This document shows positions 38,185 to 47,277 of a stretch of DNA of 64,000 bases, in pieces. Made by a program: the position numbers and the translations under genes. Location: IMG/VR virus record IMGVR_UViG_3300015024_000001, positions 32,001-96,000 of that record; one strand, written 5' to 3'. Positions within the stretch are counted from its first letter, which is position 1; the number at the start of each line of letters is the position of its first letter. Under the pieces are notes generated by a model. That model ran no database searches. It worked only from the letters and a program-made list of their open reading frames with translations, and had not been told where the DNA came from. The DNA is from a virus.

Positions 38185-39795
38185 TTATCTAAATATAGAT
38201 CGTATATTATTTACTGAGGCTGAACCTAATACATCAATACGTTCTTTCTGCCAATCGTAAGCTAATTGTGATTGTTGTCTTGCTTTCTCTTCAAAGGTTA
38301 AAGGTGTATTAGTTAATTTATCTAATCTCATATAGACAGAAGATGTAGAGTCAAATTGTACACCCCACAATAAAGCATATACTAAAGCATCTACTTGGTC
38401 ATCGTGTTTTCCACGTGGGAATGCTGTTATCTCTTGCACGAAATCACCTAACCATTCAGCTTGCATAGGTAGAAACACACGACTTTCGAGGAATAAAGGT
38501 ATAGTTGCCCTAACCCTATTCTCTTTAGAGCCACCATATGTACGTGGCAACAGTATCTCAAAATTACCTATCTCTCGTTTTAACATGGAGGCTATAGGAT
38601 CGCCATTACCTCCTTCTAATAGGTGTGATACAATATGTGGATAAGCATTGTCGTACTCACGAATCATATTGAGTTGTCGTGGAGTATCAGCTTTTTCACG
38701 CTTGATATCAATAACGTAGAAAGAAGAATCTGACTTACCCATAAGTAAACCTACACTATAGTCATTATTCTCACCTTCTTTAAGAGCAAAGTCCCAACAA
38801 GTGTAGTAAGTGTCTATATGAGGTAGATCTGTATAATATTGAAACCATTCTGTTCTTAGTAAATTACCACCCTCTGTTAATGGATTTTGTTGATACTGAG
38901 TTTCCCATGTTGTCAGTCCCGATTTAGCTCGTAAACTTATTACAACTTCAGGTGGGAATCTGACAGGATCAAGTACATCACCATCTTTCTTTCTACGGTC
39001 ATGGAATCCTATAGGGGAGAAGAATGTTTTCTTAGAGTTAAATAACATAGGTAGGTTAAGGTGAAAGACAGATTCTCTTTCATTGTCAAGTACATAACCT
39101 GATAAATCATTCTCCCCTAATCTTTGTTGTACAATTAAAAATTTACCACTAGACTGATCATCAAATCGAGATGGTAGTACTGTTCTATAGAAGCTGTTTA
39201 CTTTTTCAAGCTCTGTTGAAGATGAACCATTAGCATCTGAAGGGTCATCAAGTATCTGAATATCAGCACCATGTCCAGTTACTTTGTTAGAACGAGGTGT
39301 TGATGCAAAGAACTCACCACCTTCTTCAAGTTTAAACCACTCACCTGTATTCTTTGTTTTACTTAGAGAGAACTTGTAATGTAGAGGGTCTTCTTGGTTA
39401 CACCATCTATCTTTATACCAAGGTTCATTCAATAACCCACGTATATTGTCTATGTTCTCCATATACAAACCGCTACTATGTGTTATATGAATAACTTGCC
39501 ATTTAGGGTTCTGTATGAATTGCCAAGCTGTACTACCAACAGTAGCAATAAGAGTTTTAGTATGTCTAGGTGGTATATTGATCACCATATTAGAAGGTAA
39601 TGCAGATTTAGCTTTTAGAAATTCCTGTAGATGTTCACATAAGCAACCTAAGTGCCAATTATCACTGATAGGTTTGTTTGACATATACTGCCAACTAGCT
39701 TTAATAAATACATATAGCGATTTCTCCGCAGCTTCATAGATGCGTTCCTGCATGAGAGATTCATAATCTTGTAATGCACGGTCTTTATTAGCCAT
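38185..39795 (-). CDS. terL: terminase large subunit
   Basis: INIPPRHTKT (Walker A), ILDDP (Walker B), QYQQNP, WDFA, FPRGKHDDQVDA. Confidence 0.95.
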   Translation of the reverse strand: MANKDRALQDYESLMQERIYEAAEKSLYVFIKASWQYMSNKPISDNWHLGCLCEHLQEFLKAKSALPSNMVINIPPRHTKTLIATVGSTAWQFIQNPKWQVIHITHSSGLYMENIDNIRGLLNEPWYKDRWCNQEDPLHYKFSLSKTKNTGEWFKLEEGGEFFASTPRSNKVTGHGADIQILDDPSDANGSSSTELEKVNSFYRTVLPSRFDDQSSGKFLIVQQRLGENDLSGYVLDNERESVFHLNLPMLFNSKKTFFSPIGFHDRRKKDGDVLDPVRFPPEVVISLRAKSGLTTWETQYQQNPLTEGGNLLRTEWFQYYTDLPHIDTYYTCWDFALKEGENNDYSVGLLMGKSDSSFYVIDIKREKADTPRQLNMIREYDNAYPHIVSHLLEGGNGDPIASMLKREIGNFEILLPRTYGGSKENRVRATIPLFLESRVFLPMQAEWLGDFVQEITAFPRGKHDDQVDALVYALLWGVQFDSTSSVYMRLDKLTNTPLTFEEKARQQSQLAYDWQKERIDVLGSASVNNIRSIFR

Positions 39796-39825
39796 ATATT
39801 TTTAGCTAAAGTCCACTAATAAAAG

Positions 39826-40590
39826 TCATTTGCCAAACCTCAATAACTCTCTGATTTTTGCTATAAATCTAAAACGTTCAGATTTTGTACGCTTGGTAAG
39901 AAGATTATACATTGTATCTAATTTTGTCCCAAGTGTATTATATGTATTTTCTGACCATACTTTATCAAACTGTTCAAGAGAAGCATATTGAATTACAACA
40001 GCACCATAGGGTTGTTTAGTATCTTCATCTTTTAGCACACGTATGTAATGACCAAACATACCTGTATCTAGTATAAAATTCTTATGTTTACGGCTTATGA
40101 TAGCATTATGTAAATGTACATGTATAAATTCTTTATCAGCCCCAAGACTTTTATAGAGATTGTAATCACTTTCTGTAAGTACTGATGGTACTAGAATTTC
40201 ACGTAGTTCTTTAATAATAGGTTTAATACCTACTCGTGTAGCTTCTGACATAGCACTAAGACGTTTCCAATGATATACCGTATTTGATACACCATTATGT
40301 AAAAAAAAGAAAACAACACGATCAGCATTGGTTATTTCACGCATTTCTACAGCGAGGTCATCCATAGCATCAATAATAGATATGTCAATACGATCAAGAG
40401 CAGTAAGAGCTATGTTAAGACTCTTAGTACTTGATTCAATAAGTTCTTTAACTTTAACAACACACAGTAAAGCTAATAATACTGTATTTAAAGATGCTGT
40501 TGGTATTGTTATATGAAGACCAAATGCTTCAATAGTAGGTAAGTAATCAGGTTTGATTTCTATAATGGGTTTGTTGATATCTGTTTGCAT
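39826..40590 (-). CDS. TM + GAF-like domain protein, possible T4 gpT-type holin
   Basis: One N-terminal TM helix, then ADRV.FF.LHNG...LSA.SE...GI.P GAF-like pattern. Confidence 0.45.
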   Translation of the reverse strand: MQTDINKPIIEIKPDYLPTIEAFGLHITIPTASLNTVLLALLCVVKVKELIESSTKSLNIALTALDRIDISIIDAMDDLAVEMREITNADRVVFFFLHNGVSNTVYHWKRLSAMSEATRVGIKPIIKELREILVPSVLTESDYNLYKSLGADKEFIHVHLHNAIISRKHKNFILDTGMFGHYIRVLKDEDTKQPYGAVVIQYASLEQFDKVWSENTYNTLGTKLDTMYNLLTKRTKSERFRFIAKIRELLRFGK

Positions 40591-40598
40591 ATTTTTGT

Positions 40599-41321
40599 TT
40601 AAGTTGTTCCTTCGAGTAGTGTAGGTTGTGCAGCTGCAAGTATGTTTTGTAGATGAGCAAGACGATCAGATATAGCCTTGGTGTCCACAGTTTTCTTGGG
40701 TGGCAAAGCTCTGTTTTTATACTGTTGCAAATCTTTAACCATATCTTTCTCCACAAGTGCTGTACGTGACTTAACAACTTGCTGTGACAACGTGTGTAGG
40801 TCTTTGCCTATAGCTAGTAAGTCTTTGAGTTCGCGGATGTCAATAGTTTCGTCATCATCTAAGGCGCGGTCTGTATCATATGCTTCTATGACACTATCGT
40901 ATTTGGTTAGTGCCATCTTGTAGATCTTGTTGAGTTTGTTGGTGGCTATCATAGCTTGTGTGTCAGCTATAGCACCTTCGTGGAGATATATGTTGAGTGC
41001 AGTGTTCTCAGCATTTTCTTGTAGACGTGCTTTGTATGTTGCTCGTTGGAGCGACCACTTCTCTTTGCCACTTCGCCTTTGTACTAATGGGTAGTAAGCT
41101 TTGTGGATATCTGCAAGTTCTTTGACAGTGTAGTCTGTTATTGCTGATGTACCATCATCGTGCAATATACGCTTACCTATTATATACTGCGCTCTTATTT
41201 GTTCATATGGTATCTTCTTACGAGGCTTGGGGGTGCTAGATGTAGGGTCATCTAGATAAACAAAGTCATCCTCGTTATCTTCCTCTACCTTTTCTTGAAA
41301 CTCTTCATGTAGGTCTGTCAT
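40599..41321 (-). CDS. terS: terminase small subunit (putative)
   Basis: HTH-like TVKELA........RRS.KEKW..QR followed by coiled coil; upstream of terL. Confidence 0.7.
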   Translation of the reverse strand: MTDLHEEFQEKVEEDNEDDFVYLDDPTSSTPKPRKKIPYEQIRAQYIIGKRILHDDGTSAITDYTVKELADIHKAYYPLVQRRSGKEKWSLQRATYKARLQENAENTALNIYLHEGAIADTQAMIATNKLNKIYKMALTKYDSVIEAYDTDRALDDDETIDIRELKDLLAIGKDLHTLSQQVVKSRTALVEKDMVKDLQQYKNRALPPKKTVDTKAISDRLAHLQNILAAAQPTLLEGTT

Positions 41322-41848
41322 CGTTTATCTTTCGCTAAATAGGATCTAAAATACTCTGTATATGTTAGTTCTTGATCTTTACAGATACGATCAAGTTTTG
41401 TTAGTTGGGATTCCGTAAGGTTAATCTTTACTCGATGTTCATATTTCTGTGAGGGTAGTTTCTTAGGTCTACCTATATGTGACATAATTTTGCACTTGTG
41501 TAAGTTAGATCTGTAATTTAATTATAACCCAAGATTGTGTGTAAAACAATAACAAATAAGAGGCGACAAGCTGTAGTATATGGTGGTTAGATTTACTTTA
41601 CAGTACAGCCTCCCAGCGTAACAAATACGAAATTTATACGAATAACCTTCCGTTAAGCTTTGTAAAGCTAATAGAACCGCGCTTAATAAAACGTTACAAT
41701 CGCTATGACCATTAACACACCTTGATCCTAGACTTCTATCTGTTTGATCTTCTATCTGTTTAGACCTGCATTATTTATCTATTAAGTAAAATAGAGTCTC
41801 TAGCGTCATATGTGCTAGAGCTTACCCATTAATTAGGACAGACCCAAA

Positions 41849-42715
41849 ATGACTAACTTGCAAGCTATTTCTGATGTATTAACAAAGATTTCGATTTCTA
41901 TCGAAATCTTTGTTAATACAAAGGCATATCATCTATTAGCGGATATGCCTGCCGATCTTTCTCTCAAGCAGTTCATTGTTGCTAAAGACAATGGATGTCG
42001 TTTAGCGGGTACACAAAGCCTATTTCGCTCTTGTGAAGTCATTGCTGACTTCACATTGCCTGCCAAGTTTGCCAAGCCTGCCAAGCCTGCCAAGCCAGAA
42101 GCTTTCACTGGCAAGGCTAAAAATGACTATTACGAATTGTTGGAGGTTTGGAGCGACTGGGATTTGACACCAGAAGCAACAATGAACGCTGAGATCGATC
42201 TCAGCGCGACTCGAATATTGCGAGACGACCTCATCCGCAAGGGTCGTAATTTGCAGCGATGCATCGCGTTCGTTCGGTCTTTCGATGCCTCTATGTTTGA
42301 AACTAATGAAGAGTTAGATCTTCATGAGTTATCAGAAAGTACACGGCAGAAAATCCTCAGTGTGTATCGCTCAGCATTTACCGCAAACCCTAACCTTTTG
42401 TTGCAGGGAAGCGCTGTTGATCTTCTTGCAAAAGATCAACTTTGTAATCTTGACAGCGTGGAGGGCATTGATCGGATCATTACAATCAAAAATGCGTACC
42501 CTAGCGCAGCATACGGTTTTATAAACCGCGAACTTTTGGGGCTGGCGTTACATTCCGTGAGGGAAGAGTGTAACGGTCTTACGTTGCTGAGGATTGCCTC
42601 AAGGCTTGACACACATCTAGGAGGAAGCAAAAATGCGACCTCTATTCTCGCTAATCTTAGGATGCTAGTATCAGGTTTAGCACCTAGTAAAGGTAAGAAG
42701 GCTGCCGCGCAATAG
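41849..42715 (+). CDS. hypothetical early protein with PAK repeats
   Basis: First plus-strand ORF; PAKFAKPAKPAKP; visibly less AT-rich than the late genes. Confidence 0.7.
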   Translation: MTNLQAISDVLTKISISIEIFVNTKAYHLLADMPADLSLKQFIVAKDNGCRLAGTQSLFRSCEVIADFTLPAKFAKPAKPAKPEAFTGKAKNDYYELLEVWSDWDLTPEATMNAEIDLSATRILRDDLIRKGRNLQRCIAFVRSFDASMFETNEELDLHELSESTRQKILSVYRSAFTANPNLLLQGSAVDLLAKDQLCNLDSVEGIDRIITIKNAYPSAAYGFINRELLGLALHSVREECNGLTLLRIASRLDTHLGGSKNATSILANLRMLVSGLAPSKGKKAAAQ

Positions 42716-42721
42716 CTAATA

Positions 42722-42776
42722 CACATAGAAAGAAAGTAACTTTCTTTCTATGTTTTCTTTCTATGTTTTCTTTCTA
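42722..42776. repeat. inverted repeat CATAGAAAGAAAG/CTTTCTTTCTATG plus 13-bp tandem repeat TTTCTTTCTATGT (about 2.8 copies)
   Basis: Read directly from sequence. Confidence 0.8.
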
Positions 42777-42799
42777 ACTAACCTATCCTGCAAAAGCCA

Positions 42800-43096
42800 A
42801 TGTATAAAGCTAAAATCACAATCGCTGTATCTTTTTCACTTTTCGCACAGTCTAAAAACTATCTAGATGATACTGTACCGTATTACAAGTATGAGTCTAA
42901 TGGCTTAACGACAGTACATGTATTTGGTCAAACTATGCAAGAGATTTTAACTCATTCTGTATTCACATTCACTGGTTTTTCAAACATTCTAGAAGTGTTT
43001 ATTACTTTTGAGGGCGAATATGATGAAGATACACAACCTAAACCTAAACACACTATGCAAGGTATAGAAGACAGTTCTAACTCTTGGGACTTATAA
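42800..43096 (+). CDS. hypothetical protein
   Basis: ORF followed by a terminator; C-terminal PKPKHTMQGI duplicated near 43985. Confidence 0.6.
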   Translation: MYKAKITIAVSFSLFAQSKNYLDDTVPYYKYESNGLTTVHVFGQTMQEILTHSVFTFTGFSNILEVFITFEGEYDEDTQPKPKHTMQGIEDSSNSWDL

Positions 43097-43118
43097 CTAA
43101 CCCGAGATCATCACACAT

Positions 43119-43151
43119 AACAGCCTAGTTTAATCGCTAGGCTGTTTTTTT
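43119..43151 (+). terminator. rho-independent terminator
   Basis: AACAGCCTAG..CTAGGCTGTT plus T-run. Confidence 0.85.
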
Positions 43152-43168
43152 ATGTCTTGGCATAGATA

Positions 43169-43222
43169 CACTGTTTCGCTCTTACAAGCTCATCAGGCAG
43201 CACAGTATATGCTGCGACAGTG
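43169..43222 (-). ncRNA. hammerhead ribozyme, type III
   Basis: Minus strand reads CACUG-UC, stem I GCAGCA/UGCUGC, CUGAUGA, stem II GCUU-GUAA-GAGC, GAAA, CAGUG; GUC cleavage triplet. Confidence 0.9.
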
Positions 43223-43266
43223 GAACATAGAAAAGAAGTTGTTAGTTTCTCTTCTATGTTAGTGGG

Positions 43267-43623
43267 TTACAACATATTGTAACCACACTCTTTGATATGT
43301 TCCACTGTCGTACTTTGCAGAAGTGCAAAGTTATATAGGTCGTCAAAACTACCAACAGTAGTAGCTTCATACTCTTCTTCTGTGAGAAGAGTAACTTCTG
43401 TAATCCCCCAATCCAATGCGGCATTGTTAGTACCATTAGGACTTAACAAACAATGCTGCTGAAAGATAAAGGCTGTGACCCACTCTTTCGTAGGATACTG
43501 AGAGGAACAACAGACAAGCCATGTATTGTCATACTGCTGATGCCACCATTTTATAATGGCATAGGCTCGTGACGGTAGGGCTTGTTTAGCCAAATAAACT
43601 ACCTGTGAATCTTTCTTAGCCAT
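43267..43623 (-). CDS. hypothetical protein
   Basis: AGGACAAA RBS and TATAAT upstream; hammerhead downstream. Confidence 0.65.
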   Translation of the reverse strand: MAKKDSQVVYLAKQALPSRAYAIIKWWHQQYDNTWLVCCSSQYPTKEWVTAFIFQQHCLLSPNGTNNAALDWGITEVTLLTEEEYEATTVGSFDDLYNFALLQSTTVEHIKECGYNML

Positions 43624-44089
43624 TCGATTTTTGTCCTGTGAAATTATCTAATTATAACGGTTTACAGTCATTAATAGCCAATAACTTAATAAATCTTAAC
43701 ATAAGCATATCTTACAAAATTCATTAAATTATCGGCTAATTTTCGTGTAAGTTAATAATCTTGCACTACCTCGACATTAGGCAGTAGATTCTGAATAACT
43801 TGAAGAGAACCACAACTAAAAAACTGAATCTGATTGGTATCATCAGTAGCAAGATCGATAAGCAGCTGATTCAAATTTAAAACTACTCTGTTGTCTGTTA
43901 ACACAAAAACAACAGAGTCAGATTCAGTGTAATTCTGAAAAAGTGATTAGAATCGAGATAGAACAAGATCCAGCCGATCTGTTACCTAAGCCTAGACACA
44001 CTATGCAAGGTATAGATAGATGTGATGATGATGATCTAGACTATTTTGATGATGATGTTGATAACCAGATCGATGTATAAACCTTATAT

Positions 44090-44119
44090 ACACGTTAGCT
44101 TATCCCTAGCGTGTTTTTT
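44090..44119 (+). terminator. rho-independent terminator
   Basis: ACACGTTAG..CTAGCGTGT plus T-run. Confidence 0.75.
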
Positions 44120-44520
44120 ATGTGCCTAACGTCACAAGGCTGCCTATAGCTAACAACACACGTCATACAGCGATCATGGTTAACACACTATGATCGTATA
44201 TGCCATATACGATCATCAGACTGTATTTATTAAGCGCTTAGAACGTAATATATAAGGCTGCCATAGAAAAGAAGTAAAGTGCTATTTTTTATTACATTGA
44301 TATTTTGAATTAACCGATCTAAGCATAAGATGTAAGAAAAGCTAGCAAGGTAGTTTTAGTTTACTAGGTAGTTTTTTATTTTTTATGTAGCGGGATTTTT
44401 TTTAATTTTTTGCTTGCCGCTATGATTACTATTTTTCTGTAACTGTTTTATAGCATTATATTATCAAAAAGCTAGAATATGTTAAGATATACATAGATAG
44501 AATTAACATAAAATTAGAAC

Positions 44521-46287
44521 ATGAAAATAATAGCACCAAGTAATTCACTCTACTGCTCAGACTTTATGGTAGATGTTCCACTAGGTATTGTAGATAAAAA
44601 GCTCTGCGGCTGCGGCTTAACTTCGGTAGCTTTAGAGAATAATAAACCTACAATCATCTGTGTTCCTAACACTGAAGTTATATTGAACAAAGTAGGGCAA
44701 TATCCCAATAACCGTAGAAAGGAAAGTGTGCTAGGTGTATATGCAGGTGTTGATGTGCAAGCAAAACTACCTACTTATCTTGCCACTGCTGCTGTACCTA
44801 AAATCATGGTAACGTATGACAGCTTCTGGCGGTTGATGCCTTATGTAGATGATAGTTGGGTATTCATAGTGGATGAGTTCTCGGATCTTCTAGATGTTTA
44901 CAACTACCGTGATAAAGCTGTACGTCGTCTGCTCAAGGACATTAAGAACTACACTAACGTCTCTTATATATCTGCAACACCAATCAAACCTGAATACTAC
45001 CCTGATGAATTGATCGGGTTACCTTACACTGAAATCGAATGGCAGGATATTGTGCGTTGTAGTGTGGTACGTAAGCCTACAGCACACCCTTATAAAGCGG
45101 CAGCAGTAATTATTGCACGGTACATTATGGCAGGCTCTGAAGGTGTAGAGATGCCTAATGGTTACTATAGTAAGTCAGCGTTATTTTTTGTAAATTCCGT
45201 CACAGCTATTAAGCAGTTGATAACCAAGACAAAGCTACATCCATCACAGGTACGTATTATCTGCGCTGATACTGATGATAACCGTAGGAAGTTAGGGCGC
45301 AAGTATAAGATACAAACTGCGTTAGATCCTGAGCCATTGATTACTTTCACTACATCTAAAGCTTTCAAAGGTAGTGATTATTATTCAGAGACAGGTGTAG
45401 TTTATATTGTTTCTAACACACATAACATTAATACACTAATAAGTATTGATACTGACGCAGTTCAAATCAGTGGCAGAATCCGTACACTAAGCAATCCTTT
45501 TAGACACGTTATTTTTCATATCTACAATACAGACCCTTCTCTTCTATGTGAGGAGGATTTCAACGCCCTTGTAGCTAAAAAGATAAGTACTACTGATGCG
45601 TTGTTATCTGGCTTTTCACGTCTGGTAACTTATGAAGAGAAAGCAGGTTATGTTAATCTCTATAAGACACAACATGAGGAAGCTAAAGATGACCACTACG
45701 TTATGGTTGATGACCATGATACACCTTTCTTTAACCGCTACATGATTAAGAATGACCGTAGGCGATGGGAGACAAGTCATCTGGTGTATGTGGAAGGTAG
45801 TGCTATTAGACAAGCTTACCTACAAGCTGGTTTTGATGCACCTTCTGGTGAACATATACCATCTACTAAGTTTACAGAGGAATTTTTAGATCGTTTAACT
45901 ACTATGGACTTCAAAGAGAAATGTCTGGAGTTCATTGACAAGAAGGAAGAGGTAGAGGGTTATTTTACTGACTACGCTCCCGATATCCGTGATGCTTATA
46001 ATCTACTAGGTGTTAAAAAAATGAAAGCTTTAGGTCTTAATCCTACTAGAATTAAACATGCTCTAGCAGATGCAAGACCAGAAATCCAACAAGATCTACA
46101 TGAGACTGTACATGCAGAATTTCAACCTAATAACTTCTATACACTCAAGGATATTAAAGATAAACTGCAAACTATATACGACCAACTCCAAATGCACAAA
46201 AAGGCTAAGGCTACAGATCTATCGCAATGGTTTGTCACAGCACAAAAGAAAGCAGATGGCACGAATGGTTTATATATAACTACCTAA
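44521..46287 (+). CDS. SF2 (DExD/H-like) helicase-related protein
   Basis: Variant Walker A KKLCGCGLT, IVDEFS, SATP, FFVNSV, GSDYY, QISGRIR. Confidence 0.8.
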   Translation: MKIIAPSNSLYCSDFMVDVPLGIVDKKLCGCGLTSVALENNKPTIICVPNTEVILNKVGQYPNNRRKESVLGVYAGVDVQAKLPTYLATAAVPKIMVTYDSFWRLMPYVDDSWVFIVDEFSDLLDVYNYRDKAVRRLLKDIKNYTNVSYISATPIKPEYYPDELIGLPYTEIEWQDIVRCSVVRKPTAHPYKAAAVIIARYIMAGSEGVEMPNGYYSKSALFFVNSVTAIKQLITKTKLHPSQVRIICADTDDNRRKLGRKYKIQTALDPEPLITFTTSKAFKGSDYYSETGVVYIVSNTHNINTLISIDTDAVQISGRIRTLSNPFRHVIFHIYNTDPSLLCEEDFNALVAKKISTTDALLSGFSRLVTYEEKAGYVNLYKTQHEEAKDDHYVMVDDHDTPFFNRYMIKNDRRRWETSHLVYVEGSAIRQAYLQAGFDAPSGEHIPSTKFTEEFLDRLTTMDFKEKCLEFIDKKEEVEGYFTDYAPDIRDAYNLLGVKKMKALGLNPTRIKHALADARPEIQQDLHETVHAEFQPNNFYTLKDIKDKLQTIYDQLQMHKKAKATDLSQWFVTAQKKADGTNGLYITT

Positions 46288-46310
46288 CACTTTTCTTCTA
46301 CGGTCATGCA

Positions 46311-46334
46311 AGCACATCTTCGAGTGTGTTTTTT
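46311..46334 (+). terminator. rho-independent terminator
   Basis: GCACA..TTCG..TGTGT plus T-run. Confidence 0.6.
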
Positions 46335-46725
46335 ATAAAAACCCCGATCATGTAACATAAACGAAATTATCACGGGATCTCGTTACATGTCGCAACATAT
46401 CGCAATCCAACTTTACAAAAATCACGATTAACATTAAGAATTATTAAGATAACCTTGTAACCATTGCTATATATAGCTTATAAGCTTATTATAGTTAGGT
46501 ACAGATAGATCTGTTATAGGTTAGTTATGTTATTAAGCAAATATGTTCTTGCAGGACAATACTGTTCTTTCTATCATTACAAAAATACAAAGCAGTATGC
46601 AAATACTGTAATGGAAGATTACCACAATTTCTTACATCCTGCTACATAGTACACACAGGTGACAAGCTACCCCTTGTTAGTTGGTACACACTAAAGTACC
46701 AGTACACATTATCTGGTAAACAACA

Positions 46726-47151
46726 ATGTCTGATCTACTCACAATCTTCAACAAGCTTTCTGATGACTCTTTGTTCACATACTACCAAGCTTTATATTGG
46801 TACGCTTCTGAGAACCATGAAGGGCAGTTCACAAAGCTTTATTCCATCCTTTCAACACTCAAGTACAAACCTGCACTTACAGAAAAAGCAGAAGATGTAG
46901 ATTTCGATGTGTTAGGATTTCCTGTATCACATGACAACATGGTTTTGTTGGCTACAGCGCTACGTCTGTACTACATAGTACAGCAAGAGAGTTGTAAGTT
47001 CGCTAAATTACATAGGTTTACAGATAGAAACCTATACCTTGCAGAATATCATGACTTTGATGATAACCATGTAGTATGTATCACATACTACATGGTGTAC
47101 AACATTACTGGAGATTCTATAATCAACGAAACTTTCCCTCCTGACCTATAG
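46726..47151 (+). CDS. hypothetical protein
   Basis: ORF; ALYWYASENHEGQF..LYSILS pattern seen in phage proteins. Confidence 0.65.
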   Translation: MSDLLTIFNKLSDDSLFTYYQALYWYASENHEGQFTKLYSILSTLKYKPALTEKAEDVDFDVLGFPVSHDNMVLLATALRLYYIVQQESCKFAKLHRFTDRNLYLAEYHDFDDNHVVCITYYMVYNITGDSIINETFPPDL

Positions 47152-47277
47152 GTTGCCCTGTGTACCAGCACAGGACGAGGTTCGATTCCTTGTAGCTACA
47201 TAATCTACACATAGAAGAGAACTAATAAACTTCTCTTCTACTATTACACAGGACAAAACAAGACAAGGGTAGGACAA

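Noticed and set aside
38185-39795. Intein or intron in terL
   Set aside because: Normal length with contiguous motifs
44185-44225. Minus-strand CUGAUGA followed by a hairpin (third hammerhead?)
   Set aside because: No GAAA after the stem and no matching stems I/III; it is a simple palindrome
47149-47198. tRNA gene suggested by GGTTCGATTCC
   Set aside because: Too short; no D arm, proper anticodon loop or 7-bp acceptor stem; kept only as a tRNA-like element
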